Assembly: GCA_965112735.1 (NCBI GenBank)
Contig: OZ218958.1
Span: 3,348,001-3,412,000 of the forward strand
From: Phaeosaccion multiseriatum
Taxonomy: Eukaryota > Protista > Ochrophyta, other classes
DNA length: 64,000 nucleotides
Direction: 5' to 3'
Shown: positions 18,486-39,226 of the stretch, one piece after another
Layout: every line of letters begins with the position of its first letter
How positions within the stretch are numbered: position 1 is the stretch's first letter
Position numbers and translations under genes: made by a program
The notes under the pieces: model-generated
What the model was told of the DNA's origin: nothing
What the model saw: the letters and a program-made list of their open reading frames with translations, nothing else
Database searches by the model: none

Positions 18486-21400
18486 CAAGTGGTTGAAATG
18501 CGCACAGCAGGGTTGATAGAGTCACTCATTGAAGCCTCACAAGGAAGCCTTCGAGGCGATTTATGAGAGGTCGTCCATCCATCCACTGTCATCGCCACTC
18601 CCTCACTCACCCCCTCCCTCCCTCCCTCCCTCCCTCCCTCACTTACTCACTCACTCACTCACTTCTTCCCTCGGTCACTCCCTCCCTCCCTCCCTCCCCC
18701 ACTCACTCACTCACTCACTCACTTCTACATTCACTCACTCCCTCCCTCCCTCCCTCACTCACTCACTCACTCTCTCCCTCACTCACTCAATCACTTCCTC
18801 CATCAATCAATCACTCACTCAATCACTTCCTCCCTCCCTCACTGCCTCCCTCACTCACCCCCCTCACTCCCTCCCTCCCTCACCTTTCCGAAGCCTCCCT
18901 CCCCGATGATGTTGATGGCCGCCCAATTGTCGCACGCCGCAGACAGTTCCTCCTCGCTGAAGTCCTTCACAATCTCCGGCCCAGCGCCCCCGCCCCTTGC
19001 TCCTCCCCTCGCGTCCTCCTCCCCCTCCTCATCCTCTTCAGTCCCGCTCTGACCGCTCTGACCGCTCTGTCCACTGTGCCCACTCACACTCCTCCGGTGC
19101 GAGCGAGGAGGCGGTGGAGGGGCACCTCCTGTGGGGGAGGGCGGCATGGCGCTATCTAAGTACACCCCATTGCCGCCCGCACCATGGCCTCCGGTGTTAT
19201 AGTGACCCCCTCCACCCTCTCCGTCGCTTCCCAGCCCTTCCAGCCCCAGTAAGTCAACACCGAAGGCGTCTCCATACGCCTGTCCCGTCTCCTGCCCATG
19301 TGACTCCTGCCTTGACCATGACCCAGACACACCGCCACCCCCGGGGCTATCGCCGTCCTTATGCCCACCGTCCCCTCTTGCCTCTGACTCCTGGTCGCGG
19401 TCGGATTCTCCTCCTCCTCCTCCTCCTCCTCCTCCTCTCTCACCATTCCCGTTTCCATTCCCATTTCCGAGCCCGGACGATGCCCCCCGCTCCTTCCCCT
19501 CCTCCTTGTCCTGCTGGTGCCCCTGCCGCTGCTGCTCGGGCCTTCCGTGCAGCCTCTCATAAAGGCCGATGGAGTTGTTGGCCGTGTCAATCGAAGCGAG
19601 AAAGGGGGCAAAGTCCACGCCAACGCCCCCCTCAATGACTGCCCGAAGCTGCCGCCGTTTCTCCAGGCAAGACTCGTACAGCTTCTCGAGTTTCTGCTGC
19701 TGCTCCCTCTGCCGTTGTGACTCAATGTTTGTCCCTCTGCCGTTCGCACTGCTTGCATAGCGGGCCGCGTCTTCCTTCCCCCTCTGTTGTGCTCCGTCCA
19801 TGTTCTTCTGCCCCAGCCGCAGCAACTTCCTCGGCGAAGACGGACCCTCGAGACCGTTACCAGCGGCGTCCGCGGCCGCAGCAGCCATCGAGGCCTGCAC
19901 ACCTATGCCTTCGAGCAGAGCGGCTGCACTCGCATTCGAGTTGGCCACAAGGCCCTCCGCGCCCCCGCACTCCCCGCCTCCCACTACCCCTCCATCACTC
20001 GGCCCTCCTCCTCCACCTCCTCCTCCTCCTCCTCCTCCTACTGCTGCTGCTCCTCCTCCCCCTCCCCCTCCCCCCCCTCCTCCCCCTCCTCCTCCCCTTC
20101 CCGACCCACCCCCTCCCCCTCCCCAGCTGCTGCCGCTGCCGTGGAAGCGCTGCTGCCCGGAACCGCTGCCTCCTCCTCCTCCTCCTCCTCCTGCTCCTGC
20201 TGCTGTCCCATCTCTATGGGCCATGGGCATATGGGCAGGACTGACTCCGAGCACAATCCTCGTCATTTCCTCTCTCAGTTCCTCCCCCACCACCTCTTCG
20301 TCAATCAGCAGCACCGCCACAAGGCCCTCTGTGTCTCGCAGCGTCAGATCGGGCCCGTAGCGAACAAGCTCCTTCACCTGTTGGTGATACGGGCAGGCAG
20401 GGAGGGGAGGGGAGGGGAGGGGAGTGAGGGGGGGCGTCAGAGAGATAGTTGTAGTAAGTACTGCAGTGCATCCCCCCAGTGGTTGGCAGGGTAGGGCGTG
20501 ATACCATCCCCTCCATTTTGTGTGTGTGCACTGACTGACTGACTGACTGACTGACCGTGTCTATGAAGCCCTTGTTGACTGCCCAGTGGAGGGCGGTCCG
20601 GCCCCACCCGTCTTGTGCATTGAGCTGCGCCCCCGAGTACAGCAGCTCCCCGCACACCGCCGCCTGCCAGAGGGGATGGCAGCACATGGCAGTGGATGGC
20701 AGCACATGGCAGTGGATGGCAGGGGCGGGGTCAGGCTTCGGGTCAGGATGAGGGTAACGCTCAAGGCAAGGGGGTGGTTAGTCTCAGGCTCAGGCCCAGG
20801 CTCAGGCCCAGGCTCAGGCCCAGGCTCAGTTTCTTCCCCACACCACAGGCAGGGCCAGACAGTGGCGGCATAAGTCAATGGGCTAAGTCAATAAGTCGAG
20901 GACTGCTCTTGTTGCTGCTTGTGCCGCAAGGTGCAAACCACCCAAGTAGAGACAGACCGGCCATCGCTATACCTACCCATCGCTAGACCGTATAGCCCAC
21001 CACCGCTATACCCTATACCCTATGCCCTATGCCCTACCTGTCCGTTCCCTGCGGCCCAGCTCAGCGCCCCCCTGCCCGAGAGGTCCTTGGTGCTCACATC
21101 GGCCCCTGCGTTGAGCAGGCAGCGGCACTGGAGGGGGGGGGGGGGTATCACGGTTGAGGTGGATGGGTTGGGCCCAAGCAGGGGAGAGGAGGAGGAGCAG
21201 AGGAATGGTTCAGGAAGAGCACACCAATGAATGAAACCCGAAACAGGGCAAGGGCGCTGCTGACTGTCTCAAAGCCATGCACCTCACCCCCCCCTCCCCC
21301 CCCCTCTCCCTGTCCTCCCTCCCTCCCCTCCTGCCTCTCTGCCTCTTCCCTTCCTCACCGTCTCTACGTGCCCCTTGGCGGCTGCCCACATGAGCGCAGT

Positions 21401-22442
21401 GGCGCCGAACTGCCCATCCACGCCCTTCACGTCGGCCCCGAGGCTCAGCAAATGAGAAACTAGGGAAGCGGATGGCAGTTCACGTCATGTGGTGGTGAGT
21501 TTTAGTTTTTAGTGTTGTGGAGGAGAGGAGGGAGGAGAGTGTCAGAGATGGAAGCATGACGTTCGCTTTGCTTGCGTGAATTGCCCGTTATTCCTGCGGG
21601 AGGGGCAGAGTATGCTATGCTATCGAGGGAAGGTGCCCCGCCCTCCACTCATGGCCAGAGTGGGCGCCAGATTGCTGCCTGAAGGCGTGCGATAGACAAG
21701 AGCGACTGGAGTGATTGGAGCTCTTACTTGTGGCTGTGTGGCCTTCATTGGCCACCCAGTGCAGAAGAGGGGCACCGACATTGCCGTCCAGAGCGTTCAC
21801 GAGGCCTAAGATGGGGGGAGGGAGGAGGGGCGAATGGAAGGGGAGACGGAAGGAAGGAAGGAAGGAAGGAAGGAAGGAAGGAAGGAAGGGAGGGAGGGAG
21901 GGAGGGAGGGAGGGAGGGAGGGAAGGAAGGAGGAGGGAGACCGATGTGCAGGCAGGGAGACGGGAAGGCGGGCAGCCGAGATGGTGAGTTCCGGTAGACA
22001 CTGCGAAGAAGAGAGGGCGCAGCGCACGACGTGCCTGCCACTTGGAGAGCTCCGCCCATCACTCACCTCTCCCTCTCGGGCTGCTCAAGAACGAAGCCAG
22101 CTGGTCCCAATCGTGTCTGCTGATGAGCAGGAAAGGGTCCACCGACTGCGACTGGTATGGAGACTGATTTGGAGCGAAGCTGGAGTTGTATGTGGAGTAC
22201 CCTTGCGGGGGGAGCTGAGAAGCGTGCGCCACCGGATACGCGTACTGCGGCAGGGGCTGGGGCACGGGCTGGGGCTCTTGGTAGTAGACGGGCCGCGGCT
22301 GGTGCGGCTGCGGCTGCGGCTGCTGCTGTTGCCGTTGCTGCTGCAGCTGAGGCGGCGGCTGCTGCCGTTGCGGCGGCGGCTGCTGCTGGTGCTCATCGAG
22401 ATGCAGCCTCGGCCTCCGCCTGCTGCTTCCGAAGCCGAACAT
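13717..22442 (-). CDS. Ankyrin-repeat + non-RD IRAK/RLK-Pelle-like Ser/Thr kinase with C-terminal clathrin-terminal-domain-like propeller (1-nt frameshift in G14 at 15767-15780)
   Basis: Exons 22442-22067, 21805-21728, 21459-21359, 21127-21038, 20663-20556, 20377-18884, 18360-18241, 17824-17630, 17502-17344, 16967-16814, 16507-16350, 16167-16073, 15867-13717, all GT-AG and in phase. Ankyrin repeats: [52 protein letters not shown]. Kinase motifs: [99 protein letters not shown]. Confidence 0.85.
17185..17247. repeat. (CGCAT)n pentanucleotide microsatellite, intronic
   Basis: Direct tandem GCATC/CGCAT run in kinase intron 16968-17343. Confidence 0.95.
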
Positions 22443-23322
22443 TCTCCTTGTCCTCCCCTCTCACGTCTCTCTGCCCCCTCTTTCGTATTCCGGTGTGTGT
22501 GGTGCCCGATTATCGCTGCCCCCCAAGGGCCAAGGGACCTACTACTCTGGGGAAAGCACTCTCTCCTCCATGCCACTTTGTGTGTCGATTACCCGACGTG
22601 CCTCTTCATCACGGTTCTAGTCTTATAATACTCTCCTTTTCCCTTTTGTCCGATCCGAACTCGCCCCCTTGGAAAAAGTGTGTAAGCGTCTTTCCCACAT
22701 TAGGTATTTATATATCCAAAAAGGTGAGAAGAGACAGAGAGAAGAGAGTGTCGAAGGGGGGAGGAGAGGTCCTCCTCCGCGCTGGAGGGGGTTGCTCGTT
22801 GCGCGCTCGAAAGAGGTGGTAAATGGGCGGAAAAGGGGAAAACGTGGGAGTTTGCTTTCTGTAGATGCCTGTGCCCCTTAGGAGGAGCAGTGCAGCAGCA
22901 GCGCTCTTTCGATGCCGCCGCTCGCAATGGAAGGAAGTGGTTCACAAGCATAAGCATGCCCGGGGTGTAAAGTGGTCCTCGGTGGAGAGGGGGGGCGAGC
23001 GACGGGAGAAACGCCTTCAACCTCCCCGCCTCACTCGACTGAGATGAGGATGTTTGGTGCGGGAGAGGTGGCCAGTGTGAGCGGCAGACCCCTGTCCCGT
23101 TCTGCGAGCCTTTAGACTCATTTTCCCTCCATCCCACGTTCCGCTGCTTTCTCTCTTTGTTTCTCTCTCTTGTATTGTGTGCAACAGAGGAGTGAGTCAG
23201 AGACTTCAGATAGTTTAGCAGCAACTGTCTGGAGACAGGGTCCTTGAGACAGGAGAGCTGCGGGTCTATAGGGAGGCTTTTCTGGACAGGGGAGCGCCCC
23301 CTCCGCTCTGAGGCGAATCGCC

Positions 23323-30869
<7,547 letters not shown>

Positions 30870-30891
<22 letters not shown>

Positions 30892-31080
30892 GCACAAGTG
30901 CTATGAGAAAGGAGAGCAAGTGAGGACAAGTGCTATGAGATGGGTGACGAGTGAAGAGAGCAAGTGAGGACAAGTGCTATGAGATGGGTGAAGAGTGAAG
31001 AGAGCAAGTGAGGACAAGTGCTATGAGATGGGTGAAGAGCAAGGAGAGCAAGTGAGCACAAGTGCTATGAGATGGGTGAG
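30870..31080. repeat. Imperfect ~30-45-bp tandem repeat starting at the FtsH stop codon
   Basis: About five copies of GAGAGCAAGTGAG(G)ACAAGTGCTATGAGA(TGGGTGA). The first copy contains the TGA stop. Confidence 0.85.
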
Positions 31081-31145
31081 GTGAGGTGGTGCCGCAGGAG
31101 AGACACAAATGAGTCGAGGGCACCACGGACCGGAGACCGGCCTCT

Positions 31146-31182
<37 letters not shown>

Positions 31183-32739
31183 CGCCAGAGGGGCAGAGGG
31201 AGAGAGAAGGAGTGCGCTCCAATAGATGCGTGTTCGATGCGGGCCCCTCCACTCGCAGAAGGATAACTTGTGTTTTTATTATGTATTTTTTGGAGGAGGG
31301 AAGGATAGGGGGGGCTGCATCCCGTCAGAGTATTGCCCGGGGGACCACAAAGTCCGCTGGAAGGACGAGGAGGAGAGCTCGTGTAGACAGACAGACAGAC
31401 AGACAGGCAGACAGACAGACAGACAGCTCTTTCTTTGAGCGGTACAGACAAGAGACAGACATACAAACGGCTCTTTGGTTGGTACAGACAAAAGACTGAT
31501 TGACAGACAGACAGCAGACAGAAACAGAAAGACAGAGAGACAGACAGATAGAAACACTGACAGACTGACTGATAGACAGACAGACAGATAGGCAGCTCAT
31601 TGGTGGCTGCGCCAGCGCAGTGGCGTATGTGTAAAACTAATCCAACTTGGGTATGACATGAGATGGCAGCTGATGACAGTCTAGAGAATACTTTCTTTTT
31701 CTTCGTTTTAGGCCATACCTTATTATATTTGTTTCTTATTAATTATTCCCCCCTCCCCTCCTTCCTGAATTCTTTCAACTGTTCAGATTAGTTGTGACTG
31801 TAAAAAAAAACAAAAAAACAAAAAAACTATTTAAATCCCCTCTCCGGAACTACTGAGTACTCGCCTCTGTCTCACCGCTGTCCTGCCCTCGGCTGCCCTT
31901 CTCTTGGCTGCCCTTCCCTAGCTACGTGAAAGGCTCAGCCCCCACCCTGGCTGCTTCCTGAACGCCCGTCCTCACTCTATCCTTTCACCTTCTCCTCCTC
32001 CTCCTCCTCCTCCTCCTCCTCCTCCTCCACCACCACCACCACCACCACCACCTCCTCCACCTCCCCCTCCTCCTCCTTCTCCTCGTACTCCTCCAACCCC
32101 CCTCCTGCTCCTCCTCCTCCTACTACAACATCTCCTCCTCCTCCTCCTCCTCCTCCTCCTCCTCCTCCTCCTCCTCCTCCTCCTCCTCCTCCTCCTCCTC
32201 GCTCATTCTCCTCCTCCTCCTCCTCCTCCACCACCACCACCACCTCCTCCTCCTCCTCCTCCTCCTCCTCCACCACCACCACCACCACCTCCTCCACCTC
32301 CCCCTCCTCCTCCTTCTCCTCGTACTCCTCCAACCCCCCTCCTGCTCCTCCTCCTCTTCCTCCTCCTCCTCCTCGTCCTCCTCCTCCTCCTCCTCCTCCT
32401 CCTCCTCCTCCTCCTCCTCCTCCTCCTCCTCCTCCTCCTCCTCCTCCTCCTCCTCCTAACCCTCCCCCCCCCCGTCCTTCTTCTTCTTCTCCTCCTCGTC
32501 CTCCTCCTCGTCCTCCTCGTCCTCCTCCTCCTCCTCCTCCTCCTCCTCCTCCTCCTCCTCCTCCTCCTCCTCCTCCTAACCCTCCCCCCCCCCGTCCTTC
32601 TTCTCCTCCTCCTCCTCCTCCTCCTCTTCCTCTTCCTCCTCCTCCTCCTCCTCCTCCTCCTCCTCCTCCTCCTCCTCCTCCTCCTCCTCCTCCTCCTCCT
32701 CCTCTCCCTCTTGCTGCCCCCCTCCCTTCCCTTCGGTCG

Positions 32740-34620
32740 CCAGTCCTATGGATAGGAGCCGCAGAAATATGGGAAGCAGCGCCACCAGGAATAGAGAGGC
32801 CCTCGTCCTTGACCCAGGTCAGCACGATGTGGCGTGGCGTATTGGTGGTGCGAGCCATCACACTGAGCGGCGACTTGGTGGGAAGCGTCGCCATCCCGAG
32901 CTGGTGTAGAGCGAGCAGGGCGGCTCGAGTCACACACACGCCCAGTTGAGTAGTGGAGAAATAGCCACGCGGGGACTCGAAGTCGAAGCTCCGGAGCTAC
33001 GCAAGACGAGCAACAAGAAGCAGTCCAGTAGTCAGTCAGTCGGTCAGTCAGTCGCAGAGCTCGCAAGCCAGTGCAGGGGGGCGGGTAGGGAGGCAGCAGC
33101 CAGTCCAAGTGGGCGCGGTTCGCACGCATGCATTTCAACAGTGGAGCGAGCACCCAGCCAGAGCCAGAGCCAATGCCCTGTCATCGTCGACCTGTTGCCT
33201 TGCTTGCGCTTGGCCTCTGCGGCTCAGTCCACCTCCCTCCTCCTCCTCCTCCTCCTCCTCCTCCTCCTCCTCCTCCTCCTCCTCCCCCTCCTCCTCCTCC
33301 TCCTCCTCCTCCTCCCCCTTCTCCTCCTCCTTCTCGTCCTCCTCCTCCTCCTCCTCCTCCTCCTCCTTCTCCTCCTCCTCCTCCTCCTCCTCCTCCTCCT
33401 CCTCCTCCTCCTCCTCCTCCTCCTCCTCCTCCTCCTTCTCCTCCTCCTCCTCCTCCTCCTCCTCCTCCTTCTCCTCCTCCTCCCTTCGCTGCTACCTGCA
33501 TGAGAGCCTCTCCAGGAGCTATGCCTGGGCGGCGCTGTGCAAGATAGCGCGCCCCCCTCACGCTCGTGCTTGTGGTGGTGTGGATGGGTATGACGATGGT
33601 GATACGCGGCCCATTGAACGCTACCTCCGCCAAGTCAGCTTCTGTGGCTTGGCGTAGGGTGTACGAAGCAGCCTCCTCGTGCTGTACCACCAACTGCTGA
33701 TGCTGATGCTGGTGTGCCTCCTGCACCATGAGGACTATCTCCTGCGGTTGTTGGATGGAGCACTGGGAAGAGTAGCCCAGCGCACACGTGCGGGAGAGCA
33801 TGACATGCACTGCCATCGTCCACAGCACGCCACAGTTCGAAGCAAGGCAGTAGGTGCGGAAGGTAAAGAGGGAAGTGAAGTCCATGAGATCGTGACGAGG
33901 CAGACAGGAATCAAGTGAGCCAGCAACGGGTCCTATTCTTTACTGGAGACATGAGCCTGCCTAGCTTGGCGCTGCGCTTACTGCTTACCGCGCTGGCTGA
34001 AGAAAGAAGTGAGCGCATCCTTCGCCACTCCGCACACTGCGCGTTTTTGTACTTCACGCTTCCATGAGCTTTGCCATTCGGCAGGGGGCAGAGTAGGCAG
34101 TTCCCCAAAGCGATGCGTCCACTCTGATTGCCACCGAGGGCCATTTTCGTCCTCCTCCTCATCGCTAGTAGGGGGCTCAGCCTCAGTGTTCCCACCCGCT
34201 CTCAAATCGCTCATAATTCTGGCTGTCGTGTTCAAAGCGCAGTCCTTCTTATTCAAAGAAGGAGGGGGGGTGGTGGACCAAACAAGCAGGAGTACGCTTA
34301 TAAGGAACTGCTGGTACCTGCTGCTGGCTGAGTCTCGCTAGTTGCTAAGGCTTGGGGAGGGCGCACCGTCGCGCAAGGAAATGAAAGGAAGGAATTTGAG
34401 ACCAGGCACAAAGTAATCACACCGCACAGAGTATCTAGCCACCCCCCCCCCTCTCTCTCTTCTACTCTCATAGGTACCTGCGGAGCTTCTTCTTCAAAGT
34501 ACAGACCTTCTCTCTACCGAGGGAAAGCTACACATTTCTGACACATTCAGCTCTCATCCCAACAGAACAGCAGGAATGACCCGACCCAGCACGCGCAGCA
34601 GCAGCTCCCACATGGCTTGG
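32740..34620 (-). other. Block A: possible unknown/degenerate multi-exon gene (repeated in each array unit)
   Basis: Exon-like ORF pieces with splice-like ends (GPRWQSEW..LPPAEWQSSWKREVQKRAVC; EIVLMVQ..YTLRQATEADLAEV..ALMQ|GT; AG|LGMATLPTKSPL..). A fully phase-consistent model could not be built and no family was recognised. Confidence 0.3.
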
Positions 34621-34981
34621 CTCCGCCTCTCTCCACTTTATCCCCTACATACTATTTACAACATGTCGCTGAAGTTGGGGTCTAGTCGCTGAAGTGAGGG
34701 GGATTTGGGGAAAATATAGGAAACCTAAAAATGGGACAGGTGTATTTTATTTTACGAGGCCCCCGAAGAAGTATCAAGTATCAAGAGAGAAGAAGAAAGA
34801 AAGGGGCCCCTGGACTTGATTATGGTATGCGCGGAGCGGACGAATTTGAGCAATCAGGTCTGGCGCCGGCCATAATTAATAATCAGGCCTGGAAAGGAAG
34901 ACGTCCAGGTTCACTTCCACTTTCCGTTTCCGTTTCTTGACCACCGCGCCCAGACACACACACACACCTATCTCCACCGGC

Positions 34982-35386
34982 ATCACTGCAGCAGGTCCCG
35001 CCACAGCCTGAGGCCCCTGTCCTGCATGATGGACTGCTGCATCACTGCAGCAGATGCCGCCACAGCCTGAGGCCCCTGTCCTGCATGATGGACTGCTGCA
35101 TCACTGCAGCAGGTGCCGCCACAGCCTGAGGCCCCTGTCCTGCATGATGGACTGCTTCATCACTGCAGCAGGTGCCACCACAGCCTGAGGCCCCTGTCCT
35201 GCATGATGGACTGCTTCATCACTGCAGCAGGTCCCGCCACAGCCTGAGGCCCCTGTCCTGCATGATGGACTGCTTCATCACTGCAGCAGGTGCCGCCACA
35301 GCCTGAGGCCCCTGTCCTGCATGATGGACTGCTGCATCACTGCAGCAGGTGCCGCCACAGCCTGAGGCCCCTGTCCTGCATGATGG
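34982..35386. repeat. 59-bp minisatellite x7 derived from the NRDE2 stop-codon region
   Basis: Units start at 34982, 35041, 35100, 35159, 35218, 35277, 35336 (ATCACTGCAGCAGGT...CTGCATGATGGACTGCT(G/T)C). Confidence 0.95.
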
Positions 35387-36215
35387 AGAGAAGCTCCTCC
35401 CGCTCCTCCTCCTCGAAGGCCCCCTCAGCCCGTCACCACCCCGCCCTGTATCACCAACTACTGCAGCTGCTGCTGTAGCTCCTGGTGATGACGCAGACAG
35501 GACACCAGCCACAGGCGCTTGCTCAGCGGACTCAGGCTTGAGACGTTGGCCCTCCTCCGATACCCCAGCTGTCGAAGCTCTCCCTCCTCCTCCTCCTCCT
35601 CCTCCTCCTCCTCCTCCTCCTCCTCCTCCTCCTCCTCCTCCTCTTCCTCCTCCTCCACCTCTTCCTCCTCCTCCTCCTCCACCACCACCACCTCCTCCTC
35701 CTCCTCCTCCTCCTCCTCCTCCTCCTCCATTACCTCCTCCTCCTCCTGCTGTGCCAAACTGCAGGAGGGAGGCCTCGGCCTCGGCGGCGGCAGCAGCAGC
35801 CTGCAGCGGCCTGCTAACATCCACCAGCCACTCCAACAAGGCCGGGCCTTGCCCCCAGCCCACCGTATCTGTCCGCCTCATCACCTCCTTGCAGTGCCAA
35901 GCCGCTCTCTGCGCCGCCCCGCTGCCCGTCTCGTTGGCCGCCCTCAGTGCTAGCAGTCCCACATTGTGGGGAAAGCTTGTAAGCCCGCGTAGCACCAACG
36001 CTCGCAAGGGCCGCAGGGAGCCGCACGTCGCAGAGCCGGAGCCTTTGGAGCTGCCAACGCTGTCGGGCAGGGGTGGTGTGGACACGTTGACTGACTGACT
36101 TCCCTTTCCCCTCGCCACTTCGCTTGTCTGGCACACCCCCCCCTCTCCTTCTCTTGGCACCGTTATTCGACACCTTGTCGGAGAAGGCCGCAGCATCTTC
36201 CATACCCCCTCCTCC
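34982..36215 (-). pseudogene. NRDE2 3'-end fragment, copy 1
   Basis: Near-identical to 46741-47690 (LRPLRALVLRGLTSFPH...WHCKEVMRR...), with a 4-bp TGAC insertion and a 167-bp deletion. Confidence 0.9.
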
Positions 36216-36270
36216 CTCCTCTCCTCCTCCTCCTCCTCCTCCTCCTCCTCCTCCTCCTCCTCCTCCTCCT

Positions 36271-36305
<35 letters not shown>

Positions 36306-38703
36306 TTCTCCCCCCCCTCCTCCTCGTGCTCCTCCACCTCCCCCTCCTCCCCCTCCTCCTCGTGCTCGTCCACCTCCCCCTCCTCCTCCTCCTCCTCCTC
36401 CTCCTCCTCCTCCTCCTCCTCCTCCTCCTCCTCCTCCTTCTCCTCCTCCTCCTCCTCCTCCTAACCCTCCCCCCCCCCCGTCCTTCTTCTTCTCCTCCTC
36501 GTCCTCCTCCTCCTCCTCCTCCTCCTCCTCCTCCTCCTCCTCTCCCTCTTGCTGCCCCCCTCCCTTCCCTTCGGTCGCCAGTCCTATGGATAGGAGCCGC
36601 AGTAATATGGGAAGCAGCGCCACCAGGAATAGAGAGGCCCTCGTCCTTGACCCAGGTCAGCACGATGTGGCGTGGCGTATTGGTGGTGCGAGCCATCACA
36701 CTGAGCGGCGACTTGGTGGGAAGCGTCGCCATCCCGAGCTGATGTAGAGCGAGCAGGGCGGCTCAAGTCACACACACGCCCAGTTGAGTAGTGGAGAAAT
36801 AGCCACGCGGGGACTCGAAGTCGAAGCTCCGGAGCTACGCAAGACGGGCAACAAGAAGCAGAAGCAGTCAGTCCATTAGTCAGTCAGTCAGTCAGTCAGT
36901 CAGTCAGTCAGTCAGTCAGTCAGTCAGTCAGTCAGTCAGTCAGTCAGTCACAGGGCTCGCAAGCCAGTGCAGGGGGGCGGGTAGGGAGGCAGCAGCCAGT
37001 CCGAGTGGGCGCGGTTCGCACGCATGCATCTCAACAGTGGAGCGAGCACCAGCCAGAGCCAGAGCCAATGCCCTGCCATCGTCGACCTGTTGCCTTGCTT
37101 GCGCTTGGCCTCTGCGGCTCAGTCCCCCTCCCTCCTCCTCCTCCTCCTCCTCCTCCTCCTCCTCCTCCTCCTCCTCCTCCTTCTCCTCCTCCTCCTCCTC
37201 CCTTCGCTGCTACCTGCATGAGAGCCTCTCCAGGAGCTATGCCCGGGCGGCGCTGTGCAAGATAGCGCGCCCCCCTCACGCTCGTGCTTGTGGTGGTGTG
37301 GATGGGTATGACGATGGTGATACGCGGCCCATTGAACGCTACCTCCGCCAAGTCAGCTTCTGTGGCTTGGCGTAGGGTGTACGAAGCAGCCTCCTCGTGC
37401 TGTACCACCAACTGCTGATGCTGATGCTGGTGTGCCTCCTGCACCATGAGGACTATCTCCTGCGGTTGTTGGATGGAGCACTGGGAAGAGTAGCCCAGCG
37501 CACACGTGCGGGAGAGCATGACATGCACTGCCATCGTCCACAGCACGCCACAGTTCGAAGCAAGGCAGTAGGTGCGGAAGGCAAAGAGGGAAGTGAAGTC
37601 CATGAGATCGTGACGAGGCAGGCAGGAATCAAGTGAGCCAGCAACGGGTCCTATTCTTTACTGGAGACATGAGTCTGCCTAGCTTGGCGCTGCGCTTACT
37701 GCTTACCGCGCTGGCTGAAGAAGGAAGCGAGCGCATCCTTCGCCACTCCGCACACTGCGCGTTTTTGTACTCCACGCTTCCATGAGCTTTGCCATGCGGC
37801 AGGGGGTAGAGTAGGCAGTGGCCCAAAGCACTGCTTCCACTCTGATTGCCACCGAGGGCCATTTTCGTCCTCCTCCTCATCGGTGGTTGGGGGCTCAGCC
37901 TCAGTGTTCCCCCCCGCTCTCAAATCGCTCATAATTCTGGCTATCGTGTTCAAAGCGCAGTCCTTCTTATTCAAAGAAGGCGGGGGTTGGTGGACCAAAC
38001 AAGCAGGAGTACGCTTATAAGGAACTGCCGTACCTGCTGCTGGCTGAGTCTCGCTAGTTGCTAAGGCTTGGGGAGGGCGCACCGTCGCGCAAGGAAATGA
38101 AAGGAAGGAATTTGAGACCAGGCACAAAGTAATCACACCGCACAGAGTATCTAGCCACCCCCCCCCCCTCTCTCTCTTCTACTCTCATAGGTACCTGCGG
38201 AGCTTCTTCTTCAAAGTACAGATCTTCTCTCTACCGAGGGAAAGCCACACATTTCTGACACATTCAGCTCTCATCCCAACAGAACAGCAGGAATGACCCG
38301 ACCCAGCACGCGCAGCAGCAGCTCCCACATGGCTTGGCTCCGCCTCTCTCCACTTTATCCCCTACATACTATTTACAACATGTCGCTGAAGTTAGGGTCT
38401 AGTCGCTGAAGTGAGGGGGATTTGGGGAAAATATAGGAAACCTAAAAATGGGACAGGTGTATTTTATTTTACGAGGCCCCCGAAGAAGTATAAAATCAAG
38501 AGAAGAAGGAAGAAAGGGGCCCCTGGACTTGATTATGGTATGCGCGGAGCGGACGAATTTGAGCAATCAGGTCTGGCGCCGGCCATAATCATTAATCAGG
38601 CCTGGAAAGGAAGACGTCCAGGTTCACTTCCACTTTCCGGACTTTCCGTTTCCGTTTCTTGACCACCGCGCCCAGACACACACACACACCTATCTCCACC
38701 GGC

Positions 38704-39226
38704 ATCACTGCAGCAGGTCCCGCCACAGCCTGAGGCCCCTGTCCTGCATGATGGACTGCTGCATCAATGCAGCAGGTGCCGCCACAGCCTGAGGCCCCTG
38801 TCCTGCACGATGGACTGCTTCATCACTGCAGCAGGTCCCGCCACAGCCTGAGGCCCCTGTCCTGTATGATGGACTGCTTCATCACTGCAGCAGGTGCCGC
38901 CACAGTCTGAGGCCCCTGTCCTGCATGATGGACTGCTTCATCACTGCAGCAGGTGCCGCCACAGCCTGAGGCCCCTGTCCTGCATGATGGACTGCTGCAT
39001 CACTGCAGCAGGTGCCGCCACAGCCTGAGGCCCCTGTCCTGCATGATGGACTGCTTCATCACTGCAGCAGGTGCCGCCACAGCCTGAGGCCCCTGTCCTG
39101 CATGATGGACTGCTGCATCACTGCAGCAGGTGCCGCCACAGCCTGAGGCCCCTGTCCTGCATGATGGACTGCTGCATCACTGCAGCAGGTCCCGCCACAG
39201 CCTGAGGCCCCTGTCCTGTATGACGG
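38704..39226. repeat. 59-bp minisatellite x9 (same unit)
   Basis: Units every 59 bp from 38704 to 39176. Only 2 copies occur at 42641/42700 and 1 in the parent gene at 46741. Confidence 0.95.

Noticed and set aside
31977-33657. Gly-, Pro-, Leu- or Glu-rich ORFs as structural proteins
   Set aside because: They are (CCT)n/(GGA)n tracts that are open in all frames.
33560-33680. GNAT-like start YTLRQATEADLAEV in block A
   Set aside because: No downstream acetyl-CoA-binding motif was found, so it is too short to call.
34982-39226. 59-bp repeats as a CRISPR array
   Set aside because: Units are contiguous with no unique spacers, derive from the NRDE2 coding end, lie in eukaryotic context, and no cas genes are present.
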